The notes below the pieces were generated by a model. That model was not told where the DNA came from. It saw nothing but the letters and a program-made list of their open reading frames with translations, and searched no databases. DNA of 64,000 bases from Magnetococcales bacterium (GTDB lineage Bacteria; Pseudomonadota; Magnetococcia; Magnetococcales; JADFYX01). The position numbers and the translations under genes are program-made. The stretch covers positions 46,190 to 110,189 of the forward strand of contig JADGBW010000001.1 of NCBI GenBank assembly GCA_015231305.1, in the 5' to 3' direction. This document shows positions 38,897 through 47,494 of the stretch, piece by piece. Position 1 is the first letter of the stretch, and each line of letters opens with the position of its first letter.

Positions 38897-41215
38897 ATGG
38901 TAATGGGGTGGGTTAAAAACAAATTGTATGATTTAATAGTTAGTGTGTTAGGGTTTATTTTTGTATTTATTCTAAATACTTACATTTATATCAGGCAAAA
39001 TGAAAAAGTATATTATCTAACAATTTTCCTTATAATTTCATACTATTTTGGTGGGGTACTAGGCTGGTCTGGTTTTAGATATTTGTCAGATGGTCTTCGT
39101 TACCTTACTCCTAATATACCTATATCAAATTATCCTAGCAATACTATAATTCTACTAATTTTCGCATGTTTTTCAATAGTTTTAGTTAGTTTAATATTCT
39201 TTCAGTTACTGACAAGGAATAATATTAATGGTGAACATCCAACAATTAAACGAAATAATGCTTTACAAACACAAGGATTATTTCATTTCAATAAGAAAGA
39301 AATATTAACACTGGCGACTGTTCTTTTTGTTGAGTTTAGTTTTGTCTTTTTGATACTGATTCTTTTCAACCTTTATATTTTCGACCTGGAGCTGTTTGCC
39401 AACCTTTCTCCCATGTACCGAGGATTAAGTAATTCTGATCTTCATAATGGGGATACAGAGTTAATCAGACATGGTTTACAAGGAGCTATATTGGTTGTCT
39501 TCATTGTTTATGCATACTTTTTCCATTACTTTTCCTCTCAAGACAGCAACAAACAATTACAATCAATACCACTTAGAAAATCCAATAAGTTAGAAAAAAA
39601 TACACAAAATAATATCCTAGTAGTTGCACCGATCGTGCTTATGTTTACTGCTATTACATTACCAGGCTTAATTGCTTTTTTTAGTTACAGTCTTTCTGAA
39701 ACACCTACTGTCATATACGAACTAATTGATGCTTATATTTATGGTGAATTGTGGTTTTATTTGTTTCTTTTAATTTTTATTGTATTTTTAGCTGTTCGGG
39801 TCGGTAATCTACATTTTCGTATAGGTGCTCATCCTGCTGTTTATTCAGGACTGATAATTTTTATTTCGGTAGCCATACTGTTTGGTTTTGAATATTACCG
39901 CATGTCTACGCCGGAACACCCTCAGGGCCGGATGTCATTTGTTACTCATATGGGAGAAACAAAAACTGTCCGTCTTCCAGCTTTTTCATCAGTCAAACAA
40001 AATACTACCAATCACTATTCTCAATCGTCATTAGTTCTTAAAAAGACTAAAACTGAACAGTACGACCCATCAAAAAAAATTATTTTAGAAGAACAATTGA
40101 TAGTTACAACTAAAAATGAGTGGAAAAACTCAACAAAAAATCAAATACAAAAAAAATCTCAAGAAGACTTAATAGCTTCTAAGCAAGATAAAAAAGTAAT
40201 TGCTGATCAACAAATTATGTTTGTTACAGATCTCATGACCGAACTCGACTCATTATTTGATAGGGAAGCAGAAAACCCTCGTATACTCTTTTTGAATATT
40301 AAGCAAGCTGTTAATAATTCTGGAAAAAAAATAAATGGTGAGAATAATAAAAATGAGCAGTTAACCCAAAATGTTCTTAAGTTAATTTCAAGTTTTGTAA
40401 AGTTCAAAAAACCTCATGTACAAGAGGACCCATTTGTTATAACTGAAGGAATTGCTGAACCACATAATTTAATTTGGAAACCAATTATCACTTACTTCCT
40501 TACTGGATTTGAAGTAGGCCACTCGAGAGATCCAAAGATTTTTTGTATTAAAAACAAGTTGGAAGAAAAATGTATCTATCAAAGTAGAGAAGCTTTTGTT
40601 TCATCTCTAAAAACTTTTATGAGCAATTATTATTCATCAAACCCTGGTCAAACTTTTAGAATGTTGCTTAACGGAACTGCTGATCAATTACCGATTCACC
40701 AAGAAGTAAACAATAGCACAAACCGCTTCTCTTCCAATTATGAATTGGCACGAAGCAGGGCTGAACGAGTAGCTAGATGGCTAGGAGCTGGGCAATTACC
40801 TCAATGGGATCCTACTCATATTAAAATCACCTCTCAAAGTAATGATATACAAGAAAAAGTTGGCACACCTTCTGATCAACGCCATGTTCGGATCACATTA
40901 TTATCTGGTAATGATACTAGTGGAACACATACCTCAACTTGGAAAACACCAAAAGATTTAACAGGTGCCACAACCTCTGAACCAGTATCCCTAACAGATA
41001 CTATGTTTTTTAGTGCTAACGCTATCACCACCACAGGTTATGGAATTATGCCAGTTCGTAACGATATAAAGCTATTTACAAGTTTAGAAAATTTATTTGA
41101 AATATTGATAGTTTCAGTATTCCTAGCTGCTGCTGTTAGTTTGAATGGCCCAAACTATACAAACAAAAAAAGACAATCAACTTTGAATGCTTCAACCCAA
41201 GAAAATACAAATTAA
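38897..41215 (+). CDS. Unusual membrane protein: ~8 N-terminal hydrophobic segments, long soluble region with an OmpA/MotB-like domain, and a C-terminal K+-channel pore helix/selectivity filter with one TM
   Basis: The OmpA-like core is FRMLLNGTADQLPI...RFSSNYELARSRAERVARWL...HIKITSQSND. The pore sequence is LTDTMFFSANAITTTGYGIMP (TTTGYG at nt 41027-41044), followed by LFEILIVSVFLAAAV. Confidence 0.6.
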   Translation: MVMGWVKNKLYDLIVSVLGFIFVFILNTYIYIRQNEKVYYLTIFLIISYYFGGVLGWSGFRYLSDGLRYLTPNIPISNYPSNTIILLIFACFSIVLVSLIFFQLLTRNNINGEHPTIKRNNALQTQGLFHFNKKEILTLATVLFVEFSFVFLILILFNLYIFDLELFANLSPMYRGLSNSDLHNGDTELIRHGLQGAILVVFIVYAYFFHYFSSQDSNKQLQSIPLRKSNKLEKNTQNNILVVAPIVLMFTAITLPGLIAFFSYSLSETPTVIYELIDAYIYGELWFYLFLLIFIVFLAVRVGNLHFRIGAHPAVYSGLIIFISVAILFGFEYYRMSTPEHPQGRMSFVTHMGETKTVRLPAFSSVKQNTTNHYSQSSLVLKKTKTEQYDPSKKIILEEQLIVTTKNEWKNSTKNQIQKKSQEDLIASKQDKKVIADQQIMFVTDLMTELDSLFDREAENPRILFLNIKQAVNNSGKKINGENNKNEQLTQNVLKLISSFVKFKKPHVQEDPFVITEGIAEPHNLIWKPIITYFLTGFEVGHSRDPKIFCIKNKLEEKCIYQSREAFVSSLKTFMSNYYSSNPGQTFRMLLNGTADQLPIHQEVNNSTNRFSSNYELARSRAERVARWLGAGQLPQWDPTHIKITSQSNDIQEKVGTPSDQRHVRITLLSGNDTSGTHTSTWKTPKDLTGATTSEPVSLTDTMFFSANAITTTGYGIMPVRNDIKLFTSLENLFEILIVSVFLAAAVSLNGPNYTNKKRQSTLNASTQENTN

Positions 41216-41274
41216 AACAAACAAACTACTAATAAAAAAACAAATATAAATACAGGTTAAAGAAGGATAATTCG

Positions 41275-43392
41275 ATGGCAAACAAAAAAAACAGTCAGTC
41301 CAATAACGATAAAGGAAGTGAACAAGAACAACAATTAAATAAAAGCCATCCTACTTTTAAGCAAAGTATTCGTCATTATATTTATGAAAAGTCACAATCT
41401 CCATCCCGTTTTCCGTTCAGCTTTATAGCACTCCTTATTATCGGACTCTTAATCTCTGTTGCTGGTTACCAGGAAAGAAACAGGGATGCTTATGAATATA
41501 TAAAAGCTGATTTTAGCGAAGAGTTTTCTAAATTTGAAGAACTCCGTTTGACAGTTTTAAATCAACAAAATAAATTTGAAAACCAACAAAATGAATTCAA
41601 GAAGCAAAAAAAACAATATTTGACGAATTTGACAAAGCAACAATTTCAATTTGAAGAACAGAAACAACTCTATATAACAGAACTATCCGAGCAAAAGTAT
41701 GATTTGATCAAACAAAAAGAAGAAATTTTAATTTTACAAAAAGAATTAGAAACTGCTGCCAAGAAGAGGTTAGAAGAGGCAAAACAAGAGGCTGATAAGA
41801 CTCTAGAAAAGATATTGGGAGACCAGAAAGAAAGAAAAAAACAGTTAGAAGAACGAAGAAAGAAAAAAGAACAGGATTCTGAAAAATTGGATATGGTTGC
41901 CCGCCAGTTGGTGGAGCTGGAAACAAAAAGTGAAAAATATTTAATAAATTTTCAAACTTTAAATGGCCAATTAACAGAGCAATCTAGCCGAATTGAAGAG
42001 CTAGTTAGGGAGAGTCATGATATATACCAAAGATTAAATTCACTAGGAAAAAAACTTGGTGAAAAATCTATTCCAAGCACTGAAAAACCGAATCTGGATA
42101 CCCTAATTATAAAAATTGATAAGGCTATTCTAACTAATAGGCTCTCTCTTCCAGTTGGAAAAAGCGCAAAAGACCTTATAAACAATGGCCGACTCCACTA
42201 TCCTAACAACAATGTTTGGGATGAGAAGAAATTAGCAGTAATTGAACGTTATGTGACTTTAGCCAAAGCAGCAATAGGCAATAAAAACAAAGGTCGAGCT
42301 GCCTCAATGATTGACAAAATAAAAACTCTGGATAGTACTAACCCACATATAATAACACTTAATAACAAGCTTCAAGATTTAATAAAAATCACACAAACTA
42401 TTCCAGAAGAAAAACTTCTTATCATTGAGAAACAGATTAAAGCAGGCCGCCTCTCAAAACCAAAAGATGATAATGCCAGCGAAGCATTAAAGCAGCTAGA
42501 TCTACTCTATCCAAATCATGCAAAACTCAAAGCATTATGGATCATGATGGCTGAGGGCTATACAGAAAAAGCGCAAGAAATGATCAACGAGAAGAAAATT
42601 TCCAATGCTCAAATTTATCTTGATAAAGCACTAAAAATTGACCCTTACAACCAGTCTGCAAAACTGTTGCAGAAAAATTTAGTCTCTGACATAACCGTAA
42701 CAAAGACAAGCAAACTGATAGTAAGTAAAAGCCCATTGGAACAGCAGACCTTAAAGGAACTGTTAGCGTTATCTGATAGACAAATTAAAGCTTGGCACCT
42801 CTACTATCCGCAAAAATCTAACGCCATTAAGACTTTAAATATTGCCAAGAAAAACTATGGAGATTTGGAGGAAATCCAAAACCGAATTGATACTATTGCT
42901 TCACGCTATCTTGGAGCATCTCGACGAGCATTAAAAAATGAAGATTTTGAAAAAAGTTGGGAGTCTTTACAGCACTCGTTAAAAACCCGTCCTGAAGGTG
43001 TTGATGGATCCTTTGAACTAATACAAAGCCTGTTAAGTCAAGATACCACAGAAAACAGAAACAGCATTGATGGCTTGTTAAAACTAGCACAGGAATCTCT
43101 AAATAAAGGATTAATTACTAAACCATTTTTATTTAGTATGAAAGCTTATTTGGCACCAGTTAGAGTTCTTGAACCAGAAAATGAAAAACTTGCTGTTTAC
43201 GAGGGTGGTGCTATAACTCGCTACGTCAAATTAGTCCAATATTGGGTGAATGATAAGAAAAATTATGAGCGTGCTATTGGCTATATAAAAAGTGGCCTAG
43301 AGGCATACCCAAACAATTCAGACCTACTAGATCTACTTGGCAGAGTTGAGAAAGCCGCCAAAGAACAATCGGCACTTAATGGGGACAATTAA
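41275..43392 (+). CDS. Membrane-anchored coiled-coil protein with C-terminal TPR-like/helical repeats
   Basis: It has a single TM (FPFSFIALLIIGLLISVAGY). About 190 aa are K/E/Q-rich and heptad-like (QKELETAAKKRLEEAKQEADKTLEKILGDQKERKKQLEERRKKKEQ). Repeated modules follow, such as IKAGRLSKPKDDNASEALKQLDLLYPNHAKL and ALKIDPYNQSAKLL. Confidence 0.6.
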   Translation: MANKKNSQSNNDKGSEQEQQLNKSHPTFKQSIRHYIYEKSQSPSRFPFSFIALLIIGLLISVAGYQERNRDAYEYIKADFSEEFSKFEELRLTVLNQQNKFENQQNEFKKQKKQYLTNLTKQQFQFEEQKQLYITELSEQKYDLIKQKEEILILQKELETAAKKRLEEAKQEADKTLEKILGDQKERKKQLEERRKKKEQDSEKLDMVARQLVELETKSEKYLINFQTLNGQLTEQSSRIEELVRESHDIYQRLNSLGKKLGEKSIPSTEKPNLDTLIIKIDKAILTNRLSLPVGKSAKDLINNGRLHYPNNNVWDEKKLAVIERYVTLAKAAIGNKNKGRAASMIDKIKTLDSTNPHIITLNNKLQDLIKITQTIPEEKLLIIEKQIKAGRLSKPKDDNASEALKQLDLLYPNHAKLKALWIMMAEGYTEKAQEMINEKKISNAQIYLDKALKIDPYNQSAKLLQKNLVSDITVTKTSKLIVSKSPLEQQTLKELLALSDRQIKAWHLYYPQKSNAIKTLNIAKKNYGDLEEIQNRIDTIASRYLGASRRALKNEDFEKSWESLQHSLKTRPEGVDGSFELIQSLLSQDTTENRNSIDGLLKLAQESLNKGLITKPFLFSMKAYLAPVRVLEPENEKLAVYEGGAITRYVKLVQYWVNDKKNYERAIGYIKSGLEAYPNNSDLLDLLGRVEKAAKEQSALNGDN

Positions 43393-43478
43393 ACACACGA
43401 TAAAAAAATAATTATATACTTGATTTATAATTGTCCAAGTTTTAGTGGATAGGATGTGGATACTTATCGTTTGGCAAT

Positions 43479-43536
43479 GGTGTATCAGGCAGGTTTGCAG
43501 TCACTTAGTTAGTGAGATGCTTACACCTGATACACC
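43479..43536 (+). repeat. Structured repeat, copy B (hairpin with conserved apex)
   Basis: GGTGTATCAGG (43479-43489) pairs perfectly with CCTGATACACC (43526-43536). The apex GCAGTCACTTAGTTAGTGA (43497-43515) matches the copy A apex with compensatory changes. Confidence 0.6.
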
Positions 43537-43767
43537 AATTAACCTTGGAAGTCTTACCAGGCACACATTGATACCATACATTTATTGAAATACATCGAAG
43601 ATATCTATGTTACTCATACCCATAGCGTATAGAGTGATTATCTGTTCATGCAAAACTGTAATTATGGTTTGACCATTCTATATCATCTATTTATTGAGAT
43701 GCTATTTCAAAACCTATACCAACAATTAAGCACAGTTAAAATAGATTAATATGGAACGGTTTTACTC

Positions 43768-46233
43768 TCAGTTTTTTTCACACCACTCTTGCCAAATTCT
43801 TTTAAATTCCGCAGTTAAAAAACTGGTGAATTTATTATGATCACATATTGGTGAATTTTTAAGTTTGCTGCTCAACCCATTGCGTATATTTTGGAGCTTT
43901 TTAGGTGATGATATTAAATCTACCACTAGTTTTACGTACTCTTCTAAATTATCTGTAACCAACTTATTTAAACCAACACTGTTGAGGACACTATACGCGT
44001 GGCGACCTGCAAATGTTTCTCCGCGTGTTGTTACTACAGGCACTCCCATAAAAAGAGCTTCTATGGTAGTTAGGCCACCAGAATATGGTAGAGTATCCAA
44101 AGCTAAGTCTACTCGGTTGTAACTGTTTAACAGCTGTAGGTGAGGTGTACGACCCTCAATAATTATTCTATCTATATCCACTCCTGCTCTCTCAAAATAA
44201 TTATTTATTCTTATAATATTTGCTTGGCTATCCATTCCGCTATAGATAAGAAGAAGCTTAGCATTTGGAGATAAGAGAAGAATTTGTGACCACACTTCTA
44301 ACATCTTTTCATTTATCTTTTCTGGGTTACCAAAATTACCCAACATAATATGGTCTTTTATTATATCTAAATGTGGGCTATCAAATGTGGGGGCATTATT
44401 TGGAGGGGTGTAACTTACCCATGAATCGGGCATTCTAATAATTTTTTCTGTATAATACTTTTCATCTCCATCAGGAGCATAACATTTATCAGCTATTACA
44501 TAGTCCATAGTTGGCAAACCTGTAGTACCAACATAACCTGCCCAACTTATCTGTATAGGAGAAGGTTTTTGCAAAAAAACAGGTAATCTATTTTTTGCAG
44601 TATGACCGGCTAAATCTAGTAGAATATCAATTTTATCATCATTAATTAGCTGGGCGAGTTCACTATTTCTCATAAATTTAGTAAATACAAAATTATCAGA
44701 ATAACTTTCAAACTGTTTTGTCATATTATCGGGGTTACGGTCTGAATAGCAGAAAATTTCCAGATCAGACTTAGAGTGATATTTAAAAAAACCAAGCATA
44801 AAAAAGCCTACAGGATGTTTACCAAGATCTCTAGAAACGACACCTATGCGGAGCTTGCGGTTTAAAGAAATTATATTATCATGATTAAATTTTTTTGCTT
44901 TTAAACTATTATTAAAAGTTTCTACCTCGTGTTTGTGTATCAAGTATAGGTTTTCAAGGCTTTGTCCTGGAATATATTGACTACAAAACAGTAAGTTGCT
45001 AGAAAATTCTGCACAATCGGGTTTAAAAAAAATAGCTTTTTGGTAATTGGCAACTGCATCATTTAGTTTATACTGTTTTTGCAGAACAGAACCCATTATA
45101 TTATAAGCTTGGGAGTTTTCAGGTTCTATTAATATAGCTTTTTGGCAAACTTCCAACGCTTCATCTAGTTTACCTTGTTCTTTTAGGGCGACCCCAAGGT
45201 TAGTATAAGCAGTTACATAATCAGGATTTAAAGATATTGCTTTTTGATAAACCGCTATTGCCTCATCAAATTTCCCTTGTTCTTCTAAAATTGAACCAAG
45301 ATTAATGTAGGTAGTTGCAAAATCAGGATCTTTGGATATAGCTTTCTGGCAAAACTTAACTGCTTCTTCTAGCTTACCTTGTTCTTTTAAGGCAACCCCA
45401 AGATTATTGTAAGCAGTAACATAGCTAGGCTTTAATGATATTGCTTTTTGGTAATTTTCAATTGCAGAAGACAATTTTCCCTGCTCTTGTTTAATACTTC
45501 CAAGCGTGCTTATAGCCTCTACAAAATTAGGATTAATTTGTATTGATTTTGTTAAACTGATAAACGCCTCATCAAGCTTACCTTGTTTCTTTAGAGTCAA
45601 ACCAAGATGGTAATGATTGATTGGATTGTTAGGATTTAATGAAACAGCTTTTTGGTTGCTTTTAAATGCTTCTTCTAACCTGTTTTGTTCAAATAGAGCA
45701 ATAGCAAGGTTGTTGTGTGCAGGTTCAAAACTAGGATTAATGGATATTGCTTTTTTATGACTTGCAATTGCTTCATCAAATTTTTCTTGCTGATATAGGG
45801 TTATTCCAAGGTTGTCGTGAACTTCTACTAAATTAGGATTTATAGCGATTGCTTTTTGAAAATTTTGTACAGCTTCGTCATAACATTTTTTATTCTTAAG
45901 AGCGATACCAAGATTATTATAAGCTTGGGCAAATTTAGGATTTATAGATATGGCCTTTTTGCATGCTATTATTGCTTCATTAACTTTGCCAATTCTAGTT
46001 AGAGCATCACCCATGCTCAGCAAAGCATCAACATTATCGCTGTGTATATCTAGAACTTTTTTATACCAATATATGGCATCTGCTAACAAACCAGATTGAT
46101 GATATTTTACAGCTTTGTTAAAAGCAATTTGCTTTCCATCACTTTTAATATTTTGAGAAGTATTTGCATTTTTGGTGTATTTAGAGATTTTTTTTTGCCG
46201 TCTCCTCTCTGCTCTATTCATCTTTATACCCAT
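43768..46233 (-). CDS. TPR-repeat protein with C-terminal GT41 (O-GlcNAc transferase/SPINDLY-like) glycosyltransferase domain
   Basis: There are more than ten canonical 34-aa TPRs (A..Y..AI.INP....A..NLG). The C-terminus has RIGVVSRDLGKHPVG...DILLDLAGHTAKNR...ISWAGYVGTTGLPTMDYVIAD...PYSGGLTTIEALFMGVPVVT. Confidence 0.8.
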   Translation of the reverse strand: MGIKMNRAERRRQKKISKYTKNANTSQNIKSDGKQIAFNKAVKYHQSGLLADAIYWYKKVLDIHSDNVDALLSMGDALTRIGKVNEAIIACKKAISINPKFAQAYNNLGIALKNKKCYDEAVQNFQKAIAINPNLVEVHDNLGITLYQQEKFDEAIASHKKAISINPSFEPAHNNLAIALFEQNRLEEAFKSNQKAVSLNPNNPINHYHLGLTLKKQGKLDEAFISLTKSIQINPNFVEAISTLGSIKQEQGKLSSAIENYQKAISLKPSYVTAYNNLGVALKEQGKLEEAVKFCQKAISKDPDFATTYINLGSILEEQGKFDEAIAVYQKAISLNPDYVTAYTNLGVALKEQGKLDEALEVCQKAILIEPENSQAYNIMGSVLQKQYKLNDAVANYQKAIFFKPDCAEFSSNLLFCSQYIPGQSLENLYLIHKHEVETFNNSLKAKKFNHDNIISLNRKLRIGVVSRDLGKHPVGFFMLGFFKYHSKSDLEIFCYSDRNPDNMTKQFESYSDNFVFTKFMRNSELAQLINDDKIDILLDLAGHTAKNRLPVFLQKPSPIQISWAGYVGTTGLPTMDYVIADKCYAPDGDEKYYTEKIIRMPDSWVSYTPPNNAPTFDSPHLDIIKDHIMLGNFGNPEKINEKMLEVWSQILLLSPNAKLLLIYSGMDSQANIIRINNYFERAGVDIDRIIIEGRTPHLQLLNSYNRVDLALDTLPYSGGLTTIEALFMGVPVVTTRGETFAGRHAYSVLNSVGLNKLVTDNLEEYVKLVVDLISSPKKLQNIRNGLSSKLKNSPICDHNKFTSFLTAEFKRIWQEWCEKN

Positions 46234-46618
46234 TTCAAAATATTCAATTTATAGTAAATGCCTAGAAAATACTTTTTAAGATCACACCAATATAGCTATT
46301 TTTCTAACTATTAATATTATTCTTATTTTCAAAAATGCATAACAAAAACACTAATATTTCAATATATGTAAAGAAAAGTGGCTATTTGGTTCTATATCAT
46401 AATTTATAACTGGTGTTTTAGATTTTAATTTGCGCAAATTGAATGGACTTTGCTGGTGATTAAATGCACTATTATGTGTTATAGTTTTTCGTAGAAAACA
46501 TCTTAAAAGCTTGTTAAAAAATAATATTACAAAATAGTTTATATTAATAAAAAATATTTGGTGAAGATTTACTTAAACACATTTAAAAATTCAATTTATG
46601 ATACTCCAGGGAAAACCA

Positions 46619-47494
46619 ATGAAAACATTTTTGTCTATCATTACGGTTTTTACAATTATAATTAGCCCTTTTGCTTTTGCAAATAATAAACAGCTTATTT
46701 CTACCTATGTTAGCCAAGCACCTATTATAGACGGTAAAAATACCGATAATTCATGGTCTAAAGCAACAGCAATTATCACCCGTGATCTTATTACCAAAAA
46801 AGATATAACTATAAAATCTATTCATACTAACGATCATATCTATATTCTTGTACAGTACCCAGACAGTAATGAAGAGAGGCAGCATAAAACTCTTTTTTGG
46901 GACGAAACCTTGGAGATGTACAAAGCTGGCCCAGAGAGAGAAGATAGCTTTGTTATTAAGTGGAGTATGGAGGTAGGCCCTATAGACCTTAGCCTTTCTA
47001 GCAACCGGCCATATCAGGCTGATATATGGTATTGGAAAGCAGCCCGTACCGACCATGCTGGTTATGCTGATGATAAGATGCATAACTACAGCCTTTACAA
47101 ACAGAAAAAAACCAAACAACTGCTATCTAAAAGTGGTAGATTATTTTATCTATCCCGTACTGGGGACAAGGGAAAGTCTGCTTATTCTACAGTATTTCAA
47201 GATAACTATTCTGGTAAAAGAATATCGCGGTTTATATTTCGCAAACCAGAAGGAAGCAGAGCTGACGTAAGGGCTAAGGGCAACTTTAAAAATGGAGTGT
47301 GGACAATTGAATTTGCAAGAAAGCTAACTACAGGACATAACGATGATGTTTCATTTAATCTCGCTGGTAAATACCAATTTGGGGTATCAATTTATGAAAT
47401 TGCAGGCAGAGGAAAAGAGGTAAGAGCAGTAAAGCCTCTTTTTGGAGGTGGCGAAATAAGTGAAAGCCTATTGCTAATGTTTAATAAAAATTAG
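46619..47494 (+). CDS. Secreted EB_dh/DOMON-like (cytochrome c-552/DMSO-reductase-like haem-binding domain family) protein
   Basis: The signal peptide is MKTFLSIITVFTIIISPFAFA. APIIDGKNTDNSWSKA and ADIWYWKAARTD are characteristic motifs. The alternative start is 46598. The stop TAG abuts the kinase ATG. Confidence 0.6.
   Translation: MKTFLSIITVFTIIISPFAFANNKQLISTYVSQAPIIDGKNTDNSWSKATAIITRDLITKKDITIKSIHTNDHIYILVQYPDSNEERQHKTLFWDETLEMYKAGPEREDSFVIKWSMEVGPIDLSLSSNRPYQADIWYWKAARTDHAGYADDKMHNYSLYKQKKTKQLLSKSGRLFYLSRTGDKGKSAYSTVFQDNYSGKRISRFIFRKPEGSRADVRAKGNFKNGVWTIEFARKLTTGHNDDVSFNLAGKYQFGVSIYEIAGRGKEVRAVKPLFGGGEISESLLLMFNKN

Noticed and set aside
38897-43392. The two-gene islet as a Zorya-type (ZorAB) or Mot/Tol stator system
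   Set aside because: Neither protein has a MotA/TolQ/ExbB-like four-TM channel pattern. The OmpA-like domain is not on a single-TM MotB/ZorB-like protein. No ZorC/D-like or other effector genes follow. Only the general logic (PG anchor, ion path and coiled coil) is analogous.
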